A stretch of 64,000 bases of DNA, taken from the NCBI GenBank assembly GCA_016931625.1, contig JAFGEK010000159.1:566-64565 (forward strand), in the 5' to 3' direction. The notes under the pieces were generated by a model. That model was not told the origin of the DNA, searched no databases, and saw only the letters and a list, made by a program, of their open reading frames with translations. Every line of letters starts with the position of its first letter. Position 1 is the stretch's first letter. Made by a program: the position numbers and the translations under genes. This DNA comes from Deltaproteobacteria bacterium. GTDB taxonomy: Bacteria > Myxococcota > XYA12-FULL-58-9 > JAFGEK01. Below, piece after piece: positions 19,332 to 28,582 of this stretch.

Positions 19332-19363
19332 CTATCTGGCTATCTGGCTATCTGGCTATCTGA
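19332..19363. repeat. Octanucleotide microsatellite (CTATCTGG)x3 + CTATCTGA
   Basis: The perfect tandem 8-bp units are directly visible. They lie in the intergenic region upstream of the pilX-like/pilY1-like genes, which are on the minus strand. Confidence 0.8.
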
Positions 19364-19451
19364 TTATACTGCAAATTTTACGCCATTATTGATCGGCCAC
19401 CAATCATTATGTTTTCAGGCTATTATTTTATTATATTCGCAACCTGTACTA

Positions 19452-19467
19452 AATACTTTTTGCGTTA
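19452..19467. promoter_or_regulatory. Palindrome TTGCGT-TATG-ACGCAA followed by a T-run (possible bidirectional terminator or regulator site)
   Basis: A perfect 6-bp inverted repeat with a 4-nt loop is followed by ATTTTTG on the plus strand. Confidence 0.3.
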
Positions 19468-19670
19468 TGACGCAAATTTTTGCAGGGTGCGCAGGTATGA
19501 TCACATCATCTAAGGTATGTCTGATTTATTAGACACTCTTTTTTTAATAAGCTCACTTAAAATTCTTAAGTTTTTAAGTTTCTGTTCTTTAAATCTTCAT
19601 TTTTTTAACTTGGTATTTAAAGAATTTAAGAATAGGGAACGGGGAATGAAAGGCGATGATATAGCTGAAA

Positions 19671-19687
19671 CATTTAGGGACACCCCC
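19671..19687 (+). repeat. Copy 2 of the 17-nt motif CATTTAGGGACACCCCC, immediately 3' of the nuoK stop
   Basis: It exactly matches the other copies. Confidence 0.6.
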
Positions 19688-19692
19688 AAGCT

Positions 19693-20016
19693 TTATACAT
19701 CTTCACGCAATGAATCTAACTCATTTATATCAAGCGTTTGTTTGGTGCGAAACACGCCAATAATAATAGCTAGCCCCACTGCTGCTTCGGCTGCTGCTAT
19801 TGCAATTACAAAGAGAGCTAGTACATGACCACCAACGTCGCCATACTGTTTTGCGTAGGTGAGAAATAACAAATTGGCTGCATTTAGCATGAGTTCAACA
19901 CACATAAGCACTACTATCGCATTACGACGCATAATCGCACCAATCATACCAATAGCAAACAAACCCCCAGCGAGTGCAATAAAATGAGTTGAACTGATAG
20001 TGGTAATTGTGCTCAC
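19693..20016 (-). CDS. nuoK: NADH-quinone oxidoreductase subunit K
   Basis: 107 aa with three TM helices. The conserved MCVELMLNAANLLFL segment is present. Confidence 0.85.
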   Translation of the reverse strand: MSTITTISSTHFIALAGGLFAIGMIGAIMRRNAIVVLMCVELMLNAANLLFLTYAKQYGDVGGHVLALFVIAIAAAEAAVGLAIIIGVFRTKQTLDINELDSLREDV

Positions 20017-20522
20017 ACTAATCTCCGTAGCCCTAATACTACTGCCCCCAAAACTGCGGTTAATAATAACAAAGATATAGCTTCAAAATCGAATAAGTAT
20101 CGAGTTAACATTAGCTGAGCAATATTATAAACCGAGCCGTTAATAGTACTTTTTGTAATGGCTTCATTATTTTGCAAATTTTGAATTATCACATAGAAAA
20201 AATATGTTGCCGATACAGCACCAAATAATTTTGTAAGAGAAAAATATGTTGGTCTAAAATTATCAGCCACTTGCAGATTTAAAAGCATTATAACAAATAT
20301 AATAAGCACTACAATAGCCCCAGCATATACCAAAATTTGCATAGCCGCGACTAAACCTGCGTCAACAATAATATATACAAGTGCTAAAGAGACTAAAGAA
20401 ATAATAAGAAACATAGTTGCACGTAATGGATTACGTGTAAGAATCATTAGTAAAGCAGCAACAAGCGTAGTAGCTGCGGCGAAATAAAATAAGAATGCTA
20501 TCATTAATTTTAATCCTCCCAA
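20013..20522 (-). CDS. nuoJ: NADH-quinone oxidoreductase subunit J
   Basis: 169 aa. It has an NuoJ-like N-terminus (AATTLVAALLMILTRNPLRATMFLIISL). It overlaps nuoK by 4 nt. Confidence 0.8.
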   Translation of the reverse strand: MGGLKLMIAFLFYFAAATTLVAALLMILTRNPLRATMFLIISLVSLALVYIIVDAGLVAAMQILVYAGAIVVLIIFVIMLLNLQVADNFRPTYFSLTKLFGAVSATYFFYVIIQNLQNNEAITKSTINGSVYNIAQLMLTRYLFDFEAISLLLLTAVLGAVVLGLRRLV

Positions 20523-21922
20523 GTAGTATTGCCGCTTGGGGCAATTTCAGCATCAGGAAACCAGCAGGTTTTTCCTATATGTTCATAAAACTCATCTTTA
20601 AATTTATCAAAATAGCTTCGCGCAGGTATGGCGATAGCGTCAGCAAGCGGGCAAATAGTAGTAGAGGTCATAAAAGTAACTGTATCAGACAGCGTCGCTA
20701 AATCAGTATGACTACCCTTACCTATTTCGAGACGGCGTAGCATTTTTGCAATCCAGCCGGTTCCTTCACGACAAGGAGTGCATTGCCCACAAGACTCATG
20801 TGCATAAAATTCTGCTAGGTTTAATAAAACTCTAACCATACAAGTAGTATCATCAAGCACAATCATACCCGCGCTACCTAAAAGTGATCCTACTTTTTTG
20901 ATACCGTCGAAATCTAATGGTGCTTGTGTCTCAAGCGGCCAATGTTCAACGCTTTTTTGGGGGGGCGCAAAAGACGTAACCTTTTGTTGCGGTGCATTAT
21001 CAGCTAATGCTTGACATGGTCGTGGCACTAAAACTGGTGTCGAACTACCACCAGGAATTACCGCTTTAAGTTGTCGACCTTTCCATACACCACCGGCTAG
21101 CTCGATTAATTCATTTATAGGATAACCACTTGGAACTTCATAAACACCTGGTCTTTTTATATGCCCTGAGACACTTGCTAATTTAGGACCACCATTATGT
21201 GGCAAACCTTGGGTTAAAAACCAATCAACGCCACGCGCGAAAATCAAAGGTACACAAGCAAGCGTTTCTACATTATTTATAATTGTCGGGCCACCAAAAG
21301 CACCTACTATCGCCGGAAATGGTGGTTTTAATCGTGGACGACCAATTTTGCCTTCGAGTGATTCAAGCAAAGATGTTTCTTCACCGCAGATATAAGCACC
21401 CGCACCACGATGAACATGGCAATTGAGTTTAAATCTTGTGCCCATAACCGCATCGCCAAAAATTTTAGCGTTATAGGCTTCTTTAATAGCTGCCAAAATT
21501 CGGGTATACGGTTTGGTAAATTCACCACGAATATAAATGTAAATATCATTGGCCCCTATTGCATATGCCGCAATAGCAGCACCTTCAAGCAAAGCATGGG
21601 GATCACGGGATAGAATATAGCGATCTTTAAATGTGCCAGGCTCAGACTCATCAGCATTAACTATTAGGTATTTAGCTTTATCAGTTTGCTTTGGCACAAA
21701 ATCCCATTTAACGCCAGTTGGAAAACCCGCGCCACCGCGTCCGCGCAAATTGGCTTGCTTAACGGTTGTTATTATTTCATTGGGATCGAGTTGTAAAACA
21801 CTGCGTAACGCTTGATAGCCACCATCACGTTGATAACAAGCAAGCTCATAGCCATTGGCGATAAAAAATCGTTTAGAGAGTGTAGGCTCAAAAGCAGCGG
21901 GAGAATATTGATGGTCACTCAC
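20510..21922 (-). CDS. nuoF: NADH-quinone oxidoreductase subunit F (FMN, 4Fe-4S)
   Basis: Has the FMN/NADH motifs GRGGAGFPTGVKW and YLIVNADESEPGTFKDR. The 4Fe-4S Cys motif is present (ESCGQCTPCREGT). Confidence 0.9.
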   Translation of the reverse strand: MSDHQYSPAAFEPTLSKRFFIANGYELACYQRDGGYQALRSVLQLDPNEIITTVKQANLRGRGGAGFPTGVKWDFVPKQTDKAKYLIVNADESEPGTFKDRYILSRDPHALLEGAAIAAYAIGANDIYIYIRGEFTKPYTRILAAIKEAYNAKIFGDAVMGTRFKLNCHVHRGAGAYICGEETSLLESLEGKIGRPRLKPPFPAIVGAFGGPTIINNVETLACVPLIFARGVDWFLTQGLPHNGGPKLASVSGHIKRPGVYEVPSGYPINELIELAGGVWKGRQLKAVIPGGSSTPVLVPRPCQALADNAPQQKVTSFAPPQKSVEHWPLETQAPLDFDGIKKVGSLLGSAGMIVLDDTTCMVRVLLNLAEFYAHESCGQCTPCREGTGWIAKMLRRLEIGKGSHTDLATLSDTVTFMTSTTICPLADAIAIPARSYFDKFKDEFYEHIGKTCWFPDAEIAPSGNTTWED

Positions 21923-22392
21923 AACAACCCTCCCAATACCGCTTCAAGCTTAGCGCAGGTTAAATTTTCAACTAAAACACCATCAACCCATAAACAAGGC
22001 CCGGTAGCGCAAGACGCCAAACATTCTTCATGTAAAAGTGTTACTCGACCGTCAGCAGAGGTCTCACCTACCTTTATACCAAGAATAGTTTGGGCCCGGG
22101 ATATAATCTCTTTAGCACCACGTAATTCACAAGAAAGCGTACGACATATTTTTACCACATGCCGACCAACTGACTGCTCGTAGAGCATTGAATAAAAAGA
22201 AACGACCTCACTAATACGAGTTGGTGGCACATCTAAAATCTCAGCCACCTCAAGTTGCGCCTCTTTTGATAAATGCCCTATCTCTTGTTGTACTAAATGT
22301 AAGGCTGGCAAGGTAGCCGCAAGTGGGGTGGGATATTCACCCATCAATTCTTTAATTCGCGTGACTGTTGATTGTGATAGTACTTTTACCAT
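21919..22392 (-). CDS. nuoE: NADH-quinone oxidoreductase subunit E (2Fe-2S, thioredoxin-like)
   Basis: The Cys ligands fall in CRTLSC and CLASCATGPC contexts. It overlaps nuoF by 4 nt. Confidence 0.85.
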   Translation of the reverse strand: MVKVLSQSTVTRIKELMGEYPTPLAATLPALHLVQQEIGHLSKEAQLEVAEILDVPPTRISEVVSFYSMLYEQSVGRHVVKICRTLSCELRGAKEIISRAQTILGIKVGETSADGRVTLLHEECLASCATGPCLWVDGVLVENLTCAKLEAVLGGLL

Positions 22393-22484
22393 GATTATAA
22401 ATTACATTCTATAACACTAAAATTAATGCCAGTCACAATAGCAAAAGGTGTAAATATGAAATTTACTAATTTTACAATATATTT

Positions 22485-22820
22485 CTATTTTCTTATTTCG
22501 CGATCAATTCGGTCAAACATATGCTTTGCTGCGTCAGTACTAACTGATGTAGCAAATTTGTCTATAGTTATTTTTTCAAGCTTATTCACAATTTGATTAA
22601 CGGCATTACTAGCTTGCTCACTATTAAGCCCCTGTGCCTTAAGTAGGTTTGGCATTATATTGCGAAAAATAATCACCATTTGATGTAAGGTCACATCTTG
22701 GGGAGTGCAACCACCTTTTTTTAACGCAAGACGTATCGACCCCCTTGCTTGCGGTGCTGAAAGACTAGTTTTCTCAACAAGTATTGATGCCGTCTGTTCA
22801 AAAACACTGTTAGGCATCAT
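22485..22820 (-). CDS. Hypothetical cytoplasmic protein
   Basis: The start was moved to the internal Met (MMPNSVF...) so that it abuts the upstream membrane-protein gene instead of overlapping it by 160 bp. No domain was recognised. Confidence 0.3.
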   Translation of the reverse strand: MMPNSVFEQTASILVEKTSLSAPQARGSIRLALKKGGCTPQDVTLHQMVIIFRNIMPNLLKAQGLNSEQASNAVNQIVNKLEKITIDKFATSVSTDAAKHMFDRIDREIRK

Positions 22821-23542
22821 TGTGCTTGATCCTCTGCGTATCGTTCTCGTAAAAATCGTGGGGGAAAAAATGTAATCCACATGAACGAAATGCTTAATAG
22901 CAGCAATATTGGAAGAGTAATAGAATTTAACCAATATGGGGTTGCAACTAAATATCGCGACCACAATACAAACCAATGCATAAGTAACATTATGCTGGCA
23001 GCAAACCAGAGAAGATATCTAATACTTAAAAACGGAGATGCTAGACCAATAAGTGCACGACGTTTAAATAGGCGATGGTAATACCACATTTCTATTGCTG
23101 CCCACAAAAAACTCATAGTAATCAAAATATCGCAGACAAAAACGACAAACGAAACGTCAGTGCTAAATAAAGATACTGCAAAACCAAAGATAGTAATCTC
23201 TACAATCCATGTAATTACTAAAGATGCAGCAACAGCAATATTAATCGCTTTGGCCCACAAACGCCCAGGGCGAAACAGTCGCCAGTTTGCAATAAAGAGT
23301 GATATTATTAACATTGGATAAGAGATTTCTAATCCCCAATGAAAAAACCTATTAAGTATGGGTGTATTAACGGCAACAGTTAAAGTGTTAAATACGTTAA
23401 CAATTGCGCCTAGAAACCAAGCGAGCCCCCAGAAAAACTCGGGTGTTCCGCGAGTTTGGCGCGACAGTAGTAATAAGCGTACACTAAAAACTAAACATAA
23501 AATGGCAGCAATACTAAGACATACCGACTTAATAATTAGCAT
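22817..23542 (-). CDS. Hypothetical polytopic membrane protein (about 7 TM)
   Basis: The ORF is 241 aa and hydrophobic throughout. No family was recognised. Confidence 0.4.
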   Translation of the reverse strand: MLIIKSVCLSIAAILCLVFSVRLLLLSRQTRGTPEFFWGLAWFLGAIVNVFNTLTVAVNTPILNRFFHWGLEISYPMLIISLFIANWRLFRPGRLWAKAINIAVAASLVITWIVEITIFGFAVSLFSTDVSFVVFVCDILITMSFLWAAIEMWYYHRLFKRRALIGLASPFLSIRYLLWFAASIMLLMHWFVLWSRYLVATPYWLNSITLPILLLLSISFMWITFFPPRFLRERYAEDQAQ

Positions 23543-23652
23543 CGATTGACTCTTTGTGAACTTATACTGCTAATTTTAATGCCGTGATTAAACCTACTGA
23601 TAATATTAACGTAACAACGACATGGGCGCTATAAGTTTTTCACTTTTGGTTG

Positions 23653-24384
23653 CTATAGTGATGTGGTAACGTCAAAATCCACAATCAACGGTAAATGATC
23701 TGACAACTCTCTCCATGGTGAGCCAACTAATCTTAGTGCCTGCTTGGTTGCAATATTGCGAACGTATACACGATCGAGATTAAAAACCGGTCGGCGTGAA
23801 TGCCAGGTACGCACCGCTTGCGGTGGTAAGTGGCCAAGGGCATTGATGAAACCCAATTGATTAACAATTATTTTTTCGAGCTTACGATTCCAGTCATTAA
23901 AATCACCGGCCATAATAACCGCATCACTGGTTTGCACGCGATTAGCTAATATTGCCGTAATACTTTTAAGCTGAAATATACGTTGCGCTTGATTAAGACC
24001 AAGATGAACGTTGAGCACATGTACTTTTCGACGAGCCACCTCAAGACAAACGTATAAAACGCCACGTCTTTCGATCTTGTTAGTTGATACATCATAGTTA
24101 CATGCATGAGTAACTGGATGGCACGTAAAAGTAGCATTACCATGATGACCATCTCGGCGATGCTTATTGGGTTCGTAATACGAATTTAGACTTAGCATTT
24201 TGCCAAGTTCAACGCTTTGAGAAATCATAGGGTAATAAAAATGAGAAACCTCCTGACATAACAGTAGGTCAGGTGCATAATCACGCAAGGCATTGCCCAA
24301 GCTTTTAAAATAATTACCCGCGAATACTGAAGCACCTTTGCCTTTACGAATATTATAGGTGATGAAACGAATATGATGAGACAA
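23653..24384 (-). CDS. Endonuclease/exonuclease/phosphatase (EEP) family protein
   Basis: The EEP motifs are present: LLCQEV, AGDFNDW and SDHLPL. Confidence 0.65.
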   Translation of the reverse strand: MSHHIRFITYNIRKGKGASVFAGNYFKSLGNALRDYAPDLLLCQEVSHFYYPMISQSVELGKMLSLNSYYEPNKHRRDGHHGNATFTCHPVTHACNYDVSTNKIERRGVLYVCLEVARRKVHVLNVHLGLNQAQRIFQLKSITAILANRVQTSDAVIMAGDFNDWNRKLEKIIVNQLGFINALGHLPPQAVRTWHSRRPVFNLDRVYVRNIATKQALRLVGSPWRELSDHLPLIVDFDVTTSL

Positions 24385-24456
24385 CTTATATACTTCCTTT
24401 AGTCATACCAATTATCATTTGGTCGATGTTAAAAAACTTATCTATTATACCTTAAA

Positions 24457-25119
24457 TTGGCAAACTTTTCAGCAACTAAAAATGTTTCGTTAATCCGCTT
24501 AGTTAGAGCATTATTAAAACGTGAAGCAGAACAAACACAACTATTAGCTCTACGCTCACAGCTTGATCCGCATTTTCTTTTTAATACCCTCAATGCAATT
24601 GCTGAATGGTGCAGAGAAGATGGCATTGTTGCTGAACGAGCTGTGCTACAATTAGCGGCGATCCTTAGAATAATATTAGAAGGAGTAAAAACTACTACCT
24701 GGCCACTTGCACAAGAAATTGATCTAATAGAAACACTATTTTCACTACATCGTTTACGTGACCCTCAATTATTTGAATTGAATATCAATATCACTGATGT
24801 ATGTTATAAAATTTTAATTCCCCCATTAATATTGCTGCCGCTAGCTGAAAATGCCGTTAAGCATGGTCCACATTCTGGACATATTGGTAAAATTTATTTA
24901 ATTGCCAACTGTGATGAAAGTGAATTGGTATTAACAATCATAAACCCGGGGACCTATCTTGGCCCGCGTCTAGGTAGTGTTGGATTGCCCCATTTAAAAC
25001 GTCGTCTTGATATTATCTATGGCGGTAAGGCTTTATTTAATATTGCAGCACAAGATTCACAAACACATGCAGTTTTGCATTTGCCTATTAACGGACCCAT
25101 AAATGGGGAGCTATCATGA
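24457..25119 (+). CDS. LytS/YehU-type sensor histidine kinase fragment (His_kinase + HATPase only; no membrane sensor domain)
   Basis: The His_kinase box is present (LRSQLDPHFLFNTLNAIAEW), as is an HATPase_c region with the N-box LAENAVKHG (LPLAENAVKHG ... IINPG). Only 220 aa remain, so the N-terminal TM domain typical of the family is absent. Confidence 0.55.
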   Translation: MANFSATKNVSLIRLVRALLKREAEQTQLLALRSQLDPHFLFNTLNAIAEWCREDGIVAERAVLQLAAILRIILEGVKTTTWPLAQEIDLIETLFSLHRLRDPQLFELNINITDVCYKILIPPLILLPLAENAVKHGPHSGHIGKIYLIANCDESELVLTIINPGTYLGPRLGSVGLPHLKRRLDIIYGGKALFNIAAQDSQTHAVLHLPINGPINGELS

Positions 25120-25203
25120 GCCTGAAATTGCGAGTGCTAATAGCTGATGATGAACTCATGGCTCGCAAGCGTTTATTACGCCTATATTCTGTATTTTTAT
25201 AAT
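25117..25203 (+). pseudogene. Remnant of a response-regulator receiver gene (28 codons), probably LytTR-type partner
   Basis: An ATGA overlap with the kinase stop begins a frame encoding MSLKLRVLIADDELMARKRLLRL (receiver-domain N-terminus), which then hits a stop. Confidence 0.4.
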
Positions 25204-25409
25204 CCAGAAGCAATAACTACTTCTTGCACAGCTTCAGCATGCAAACGCGGTATAGTCTCATCACCGCCAGCGGCCATACGACTTGTGCGTGCCAATACTT
25301 TAGATTGTTTTAAGTCTATCAATTCTTAACTTACTGTTTTTATTTAGATAAAAAATCTATTTAATTAATCGTTTGACAGCAAGTAAGGCTCTACATTATG
25401 GCCTTTTTT

Positions 25410-25612
25410 CGTAACCGGTGCCTACCATACGAAAGTGTGAGGCATAATAGGGAACCTGGTGAAAATCCAGGACTGCCCCGCAGCGGTAAGTGAAAACGAA
25501 GTCCACACATAGCACTGGCTAATTATGCTGGGAAGCTGTGGGCAATAGGAAGACGACAACAACTAATTGTGTGTCGTTAAGCTCACAAGCCCGAAGACCT
25601 GCCGGTACCTGA
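25410..25612 (+). ncRNA. Cobalamin (B12) riboswitch in the nrdD leader
   Basis: The conserved core is GGTGCC..AATAGGGAA..GGTGAAAATCC..ACTGCCCCGCAGCGGTAAG (25417-25492). The B12 box is AGCCCGAAGACCTGCC (25588-25603). A GCCTC-GCGG-GAGGC hairpin precedes the RBS. Confidence 0.8.
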
Positions 25613-25677
25613 TCTCAGAGAGAAAACTGAGACTGTCTATTAACCTTACGGCCTCGCGGGAGGCAAAAGGAGTAGCA

Positions 25678-27834
25678 ATGTCAAACATTGCATCACTTGC
25701 GCATGAAATTTCATCAACTGTTGTTATTACTAATAACCCTTCGAATATTACTCCTCTGTTTTCAACTATTATCAAACGTGACGGAACACGTGAGCCTTTT
25801 GCTGCTGCACGCATTGCAAAAGCTATAGAACTTGCTGGCAAAGCTACCCATGAATATGATGCGCAAGAAGCACAACGACTTGCTCGCCGTGTGTTAGTTA
25901 TTGCGGCTGCTACAACTCAAAATGAGCCGACGGTTGAGGGGATTCAAGATTTAGTTGAAGACGTGCTCATGGCCTCACCTTTTCGTAAAGCTGCACGTGC
26001 ATATATTCTATATCGCGAACAACATCGGATATTACGTGAAATACATAGCAAACAAAACACTAAACTGGTTGACTCATATCTTGATAAATCTGATTGGCAA
26101 ATATCTGAAAATGCCAACATGGCTTTTAGCTTACAGGGACTAAATAACCATATTGCTAGTGAAGTTATTCGTAAGTATTGGCTTGAACAACTATACCCAC
26201 CGGTTGTACGCAATGCTCATGAATCGGGTGACTTTCATATTCATGATTTAAATTTATTGGCTGTCTATTGTGTTGGTTGGGACTTAAGCGATTTATTGCT
26301 GCAAGGTTTTTGTGGCGCAGATGGTAAAGTCGAAAGTAAACCAGCACGTCATTTTCGCACCGCGCTCGGACAAATAGCTAACTTTTTTTATACCCTTCAG
26401 GGGGAAGCAGCTGGCGCGCAAGCCTTTTCAAGTGTAGACACCTTGTTGGCTCCCTTTATCGCATACGATAAGCTTTCTTATAAAAATGTAAAGCAAGCGA
26501 TACAAGAATGGGTTTTTAACCTAAACGTTGCCACTCGCGTTGGTTTTCAAACACCTTTTACTAACATAACCCTTGATTTCAATGTACCGACAAAACTTCA
26601 CGATCAACCAGTAATTATCGGTGGCAAATTACAAAAAGCAACATATGGTAACTTTCAAAATGAAGTCGATATGTTCAACCGTGCTTTTCTTGAAGTCATG
26701 ATCGAAGGTGATGCTAAAGGGCGTGTTTTTACTTTTCCAATTCCTACTTATAACATTACTAAAGATTTTAATTATGATGATCCTCGTCTTTCGCTTTTAT
26801 GGGAAGCAACTGCACGTTATGGCATCCCCTATTTTGCCAATTTTGTAAATTCGCAAATGTCTCCTGATGATGCGCGCAGTATGTGTTGTCGTTTGCGGCT
26901 TGATACTCGTGAGCTGCAACATCGCGGTGGCGGATTGTTTGGTGCTAATCCGCTTACTGGTTCTATTGGGGTAGTTACGCTTAATCTACCACGCCTGGGA
27001 CACTTTGCTCATGATGAAGATGATTTTAAAATTCGTTTAAGTGCGCTTATGGATATTGCTCGTGATAGCCTTATACTAAAACGTAAAATTTTAGAACGTT
27101 TTACCGAAGCTGGGCTATATCCATATGCCCGCCATTATCTGCAAAGTATAAAAACACGTTTTAACTCATTTTGGCATAATCACTTTGCAACGATTGGTAT
27201 TATCGGTCTTGAAGAAGCTACGCAAAACCTGCTCGGTGAAAGTTTATTGTCAGAAAGTGGGCGCGCTTTCGGTTTACGTATGCTTGATTTTCTGCGCGCG
27301 AAATTAATTTCTTTTCAAGAAGAGACCAATACACCATTTAATTTAGAGGCTACTCCAGCAGAGGGCGCAAGTTATCGTTTGACCAATCTTGACCGCAAGC
27401 ATTATCCTGATATGCAGATTTTTACTCAAGATAATGATATCGTTTATGCAAATTCATCGCAACCACCTATTGATGCTTTCAATGACCCCTTTGAACTGCT
27501 TGAACAACAAGATGAATTTCAAGTACAATATACTGGTGGTACTGTGCTGCATTTTTATCTTGGCGAACGTGTTGAGGATTCTGCCACAGTTAAAAACTTT
27601 GTCCGTAAAGTTTGCGCAAACTTTCATTTGCCTTATTTTACTTTAACCCCAACTTTTTCTATTTGTCCTGAACATGCTTATCTTGCAGGCGAGCATCAAG
27701 TATGTCCGCATTGCGGCGCACCAACTGAAGTATATTCGCGTGTCGTTGGTTACCTAAGACCTGTACAACAGTGGAATCCTGGCAAACAAAAAGAGTTCTC
27801 GCGGCGCGGCCTATTTGATCAAAATCTTAGGTAA
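25678..27834 (+). CDS. nrdD: Anaerobic ribonucleoside-triphosphate reductase (class III)
   Basis: An AAAGGAG Shine-Dalgarno lies 7 nt upstream. An ATP-cone is present (IIKRDGTREPF). The C-terminal Zn ribbon (CPEHAYLAGEHQVCPHCG) and the glycyl-radical motif (SRVVGYLRP) are present. The ORF track starts earlier, at 25567 inside the riboswitch. Confidence 0.85.
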   Translation: MSNIASLAHEISSTVVITNNPSNITPLFSTIIKRDGTREPFAAARIAKAIELAGKATHEYDAQEAQRLARRVLVIAAATTQNEPTVEGIQDLVEDVLMASPFRKAARAYILYREQHRILREIHSKQNTKLVDSYLDKSDWQISENANMAFSLQGLNNHIASEVIRKYWLEQLYPPVVRNAHESGDFHIHDLNLLAVYCVGWDLSDLLLQGFCGADGKVESKPARHFRTALGQIANFFYTLQGEAAGAQAFSSVDTLLAPFIAYDKLSYKNVKQAIQEWVFNLNVATRVGFQTPFTNITLDFNVPTKLHDQPVIIGGKLQKATYGNFQNEVDMFNRAFLEVMIEGDAKGRVFTFPIPTYNITKDFNYDDPRLSLLWEATARYGIPYFANFVNSQMSPDDARSMCCRLRLDTRELQHRGGGLFGANPLTGSIGVVTLNLPRLGHFAHDEDDFKIRLSALMDIARDSLILKRKILERFTEAGLYPYARHYLQSIKTRFNSFWHNHFATIGIIGLEEATQNLLGESLLSESGRAFGLRMLDFLRAKLISFQEETNTPFNLEATPAEGASYRLTNLDRKHYPDMQIFTQDNDIVYANSSQPPIDAFNDPFELLEQQDEFQVQYTGGTVLHFYLGERVEDSATVKNFVRKVCANFHLPYFTLTPTFSICPEHAYLAGEHQVCPHCGAPTEVYSRVVGYLRPVQQWNPGKQKEFSRRGLFDQNLR

Positions 27835-27839
27835 TTTTT

Positions 27840-28523
27840 ATGATCGCCGGTCTCCAACCTTGTTCTTTTATTGATTATCCCGAGTATCTTAGCGCTGTAG
27901 TTTTCTTGCGCGGTTGCAATCTGCGATGCCCATATTGTCATAACCCATCACTTATTTCTCCAAATGGAGAATGTTATTTAAGCGATGATGAGTTTTTTAG
28001 TTTTTTGAAAAAAAGACAAGGTTTGCTAGATGCTGTAGTTATTTCAGGCGGTGAACCTACACTATATGCAGATTTAAATAAGCTAATCACTAAAATTCAA
28101 AGTATGGGGTTTTTGGTTAAACTAGATACTAATGGTACACAGCCAAAGGTAATTGCTGATTTATTAAATGCAAAGTTGCTTAACTATATAGCTCTTGACC
28201 TTAAAGACCATCCAAATAGTTATGCGTCATGGCTCGGGGCATATAGCAAGCCTGAAGATTTATTAGAAAGTATTTCAATTATTAAAGATAGCGATGTTGC
28301 ACATGAATTTCGTACCACTGTTGTATTACCATATCACGATAAAGTGCGATTAAATCGTATGGCAAAATACGCTTTGGGCTGCAAGCAATGGATTTTGCAG
28401 GCGTATAAAAACACTACCACATCAAGACGATTTGTTTCACCACCAGTAAATTATCTAAAACAAATTGCTGCGACTATTTGTCGTGATTATGGTATTTCTT
28501 GTTTTTACCGAAACGGAAACTAA
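27840..28523 (+). CDS. nrdG: Anaerobic ribonucleotide reductase activating protein (radical SAM)
   Basis: The CNLRCPYCHN (CX3CX2C) motif is present. The gene sits immediately downstream of nrdD. Confidence 0.8.
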   Translation: MIAGLQPCSFIDYPEYLSAVVFLRGCNLRCPYCHNPSLISPNGECYLSDDEFFSFLKKRQGLLDAVVISGGEPTLYADLNKLITKIQSMGFLVKLDTNGTQPKVIADLLNAKLLNYIALDLKDHPNSYASWLGAYSKPEDLLESISIIKDSDVAHEFRTTVVLPYHDKVRLNRMAKYALGCKQWILQAYKNTTTSRRFVSPPVNYLKQIAATICRDYGISCFYRNGN

Positions 28524-28582
28524 AAATACTAACTATTTATACTATTAAAATTTCATTTTATATACACTATAATTAGTTTCTC

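Noticed and set aside
19517-19828. 103-aa plus-strand ORF between the pilus cluster and nuoK
   Set aside because: Its second half is antisense to nuoK. Its first half is a low-complexity, A/T-rich intergenic stretch. It is not supported.
25373-25408. Sigma-70-like promoter TTGACA ... CATTAT upstream of the riboswitch
   Set aside because: The -35 is perfect, but the best -10 candidates have poor spacing (13-15 bp) or a poor match. It is left as unconfirmed.
25556-25575. Possible NrdR box (ACAACTAATTGTGTG) upstream of nrdD
   Set aside because: It matches the NrdR-box palindrome only partially, and it lies inside the riboswitch expression platform. That is too weak to call without a genome-wide NrdR-site model.
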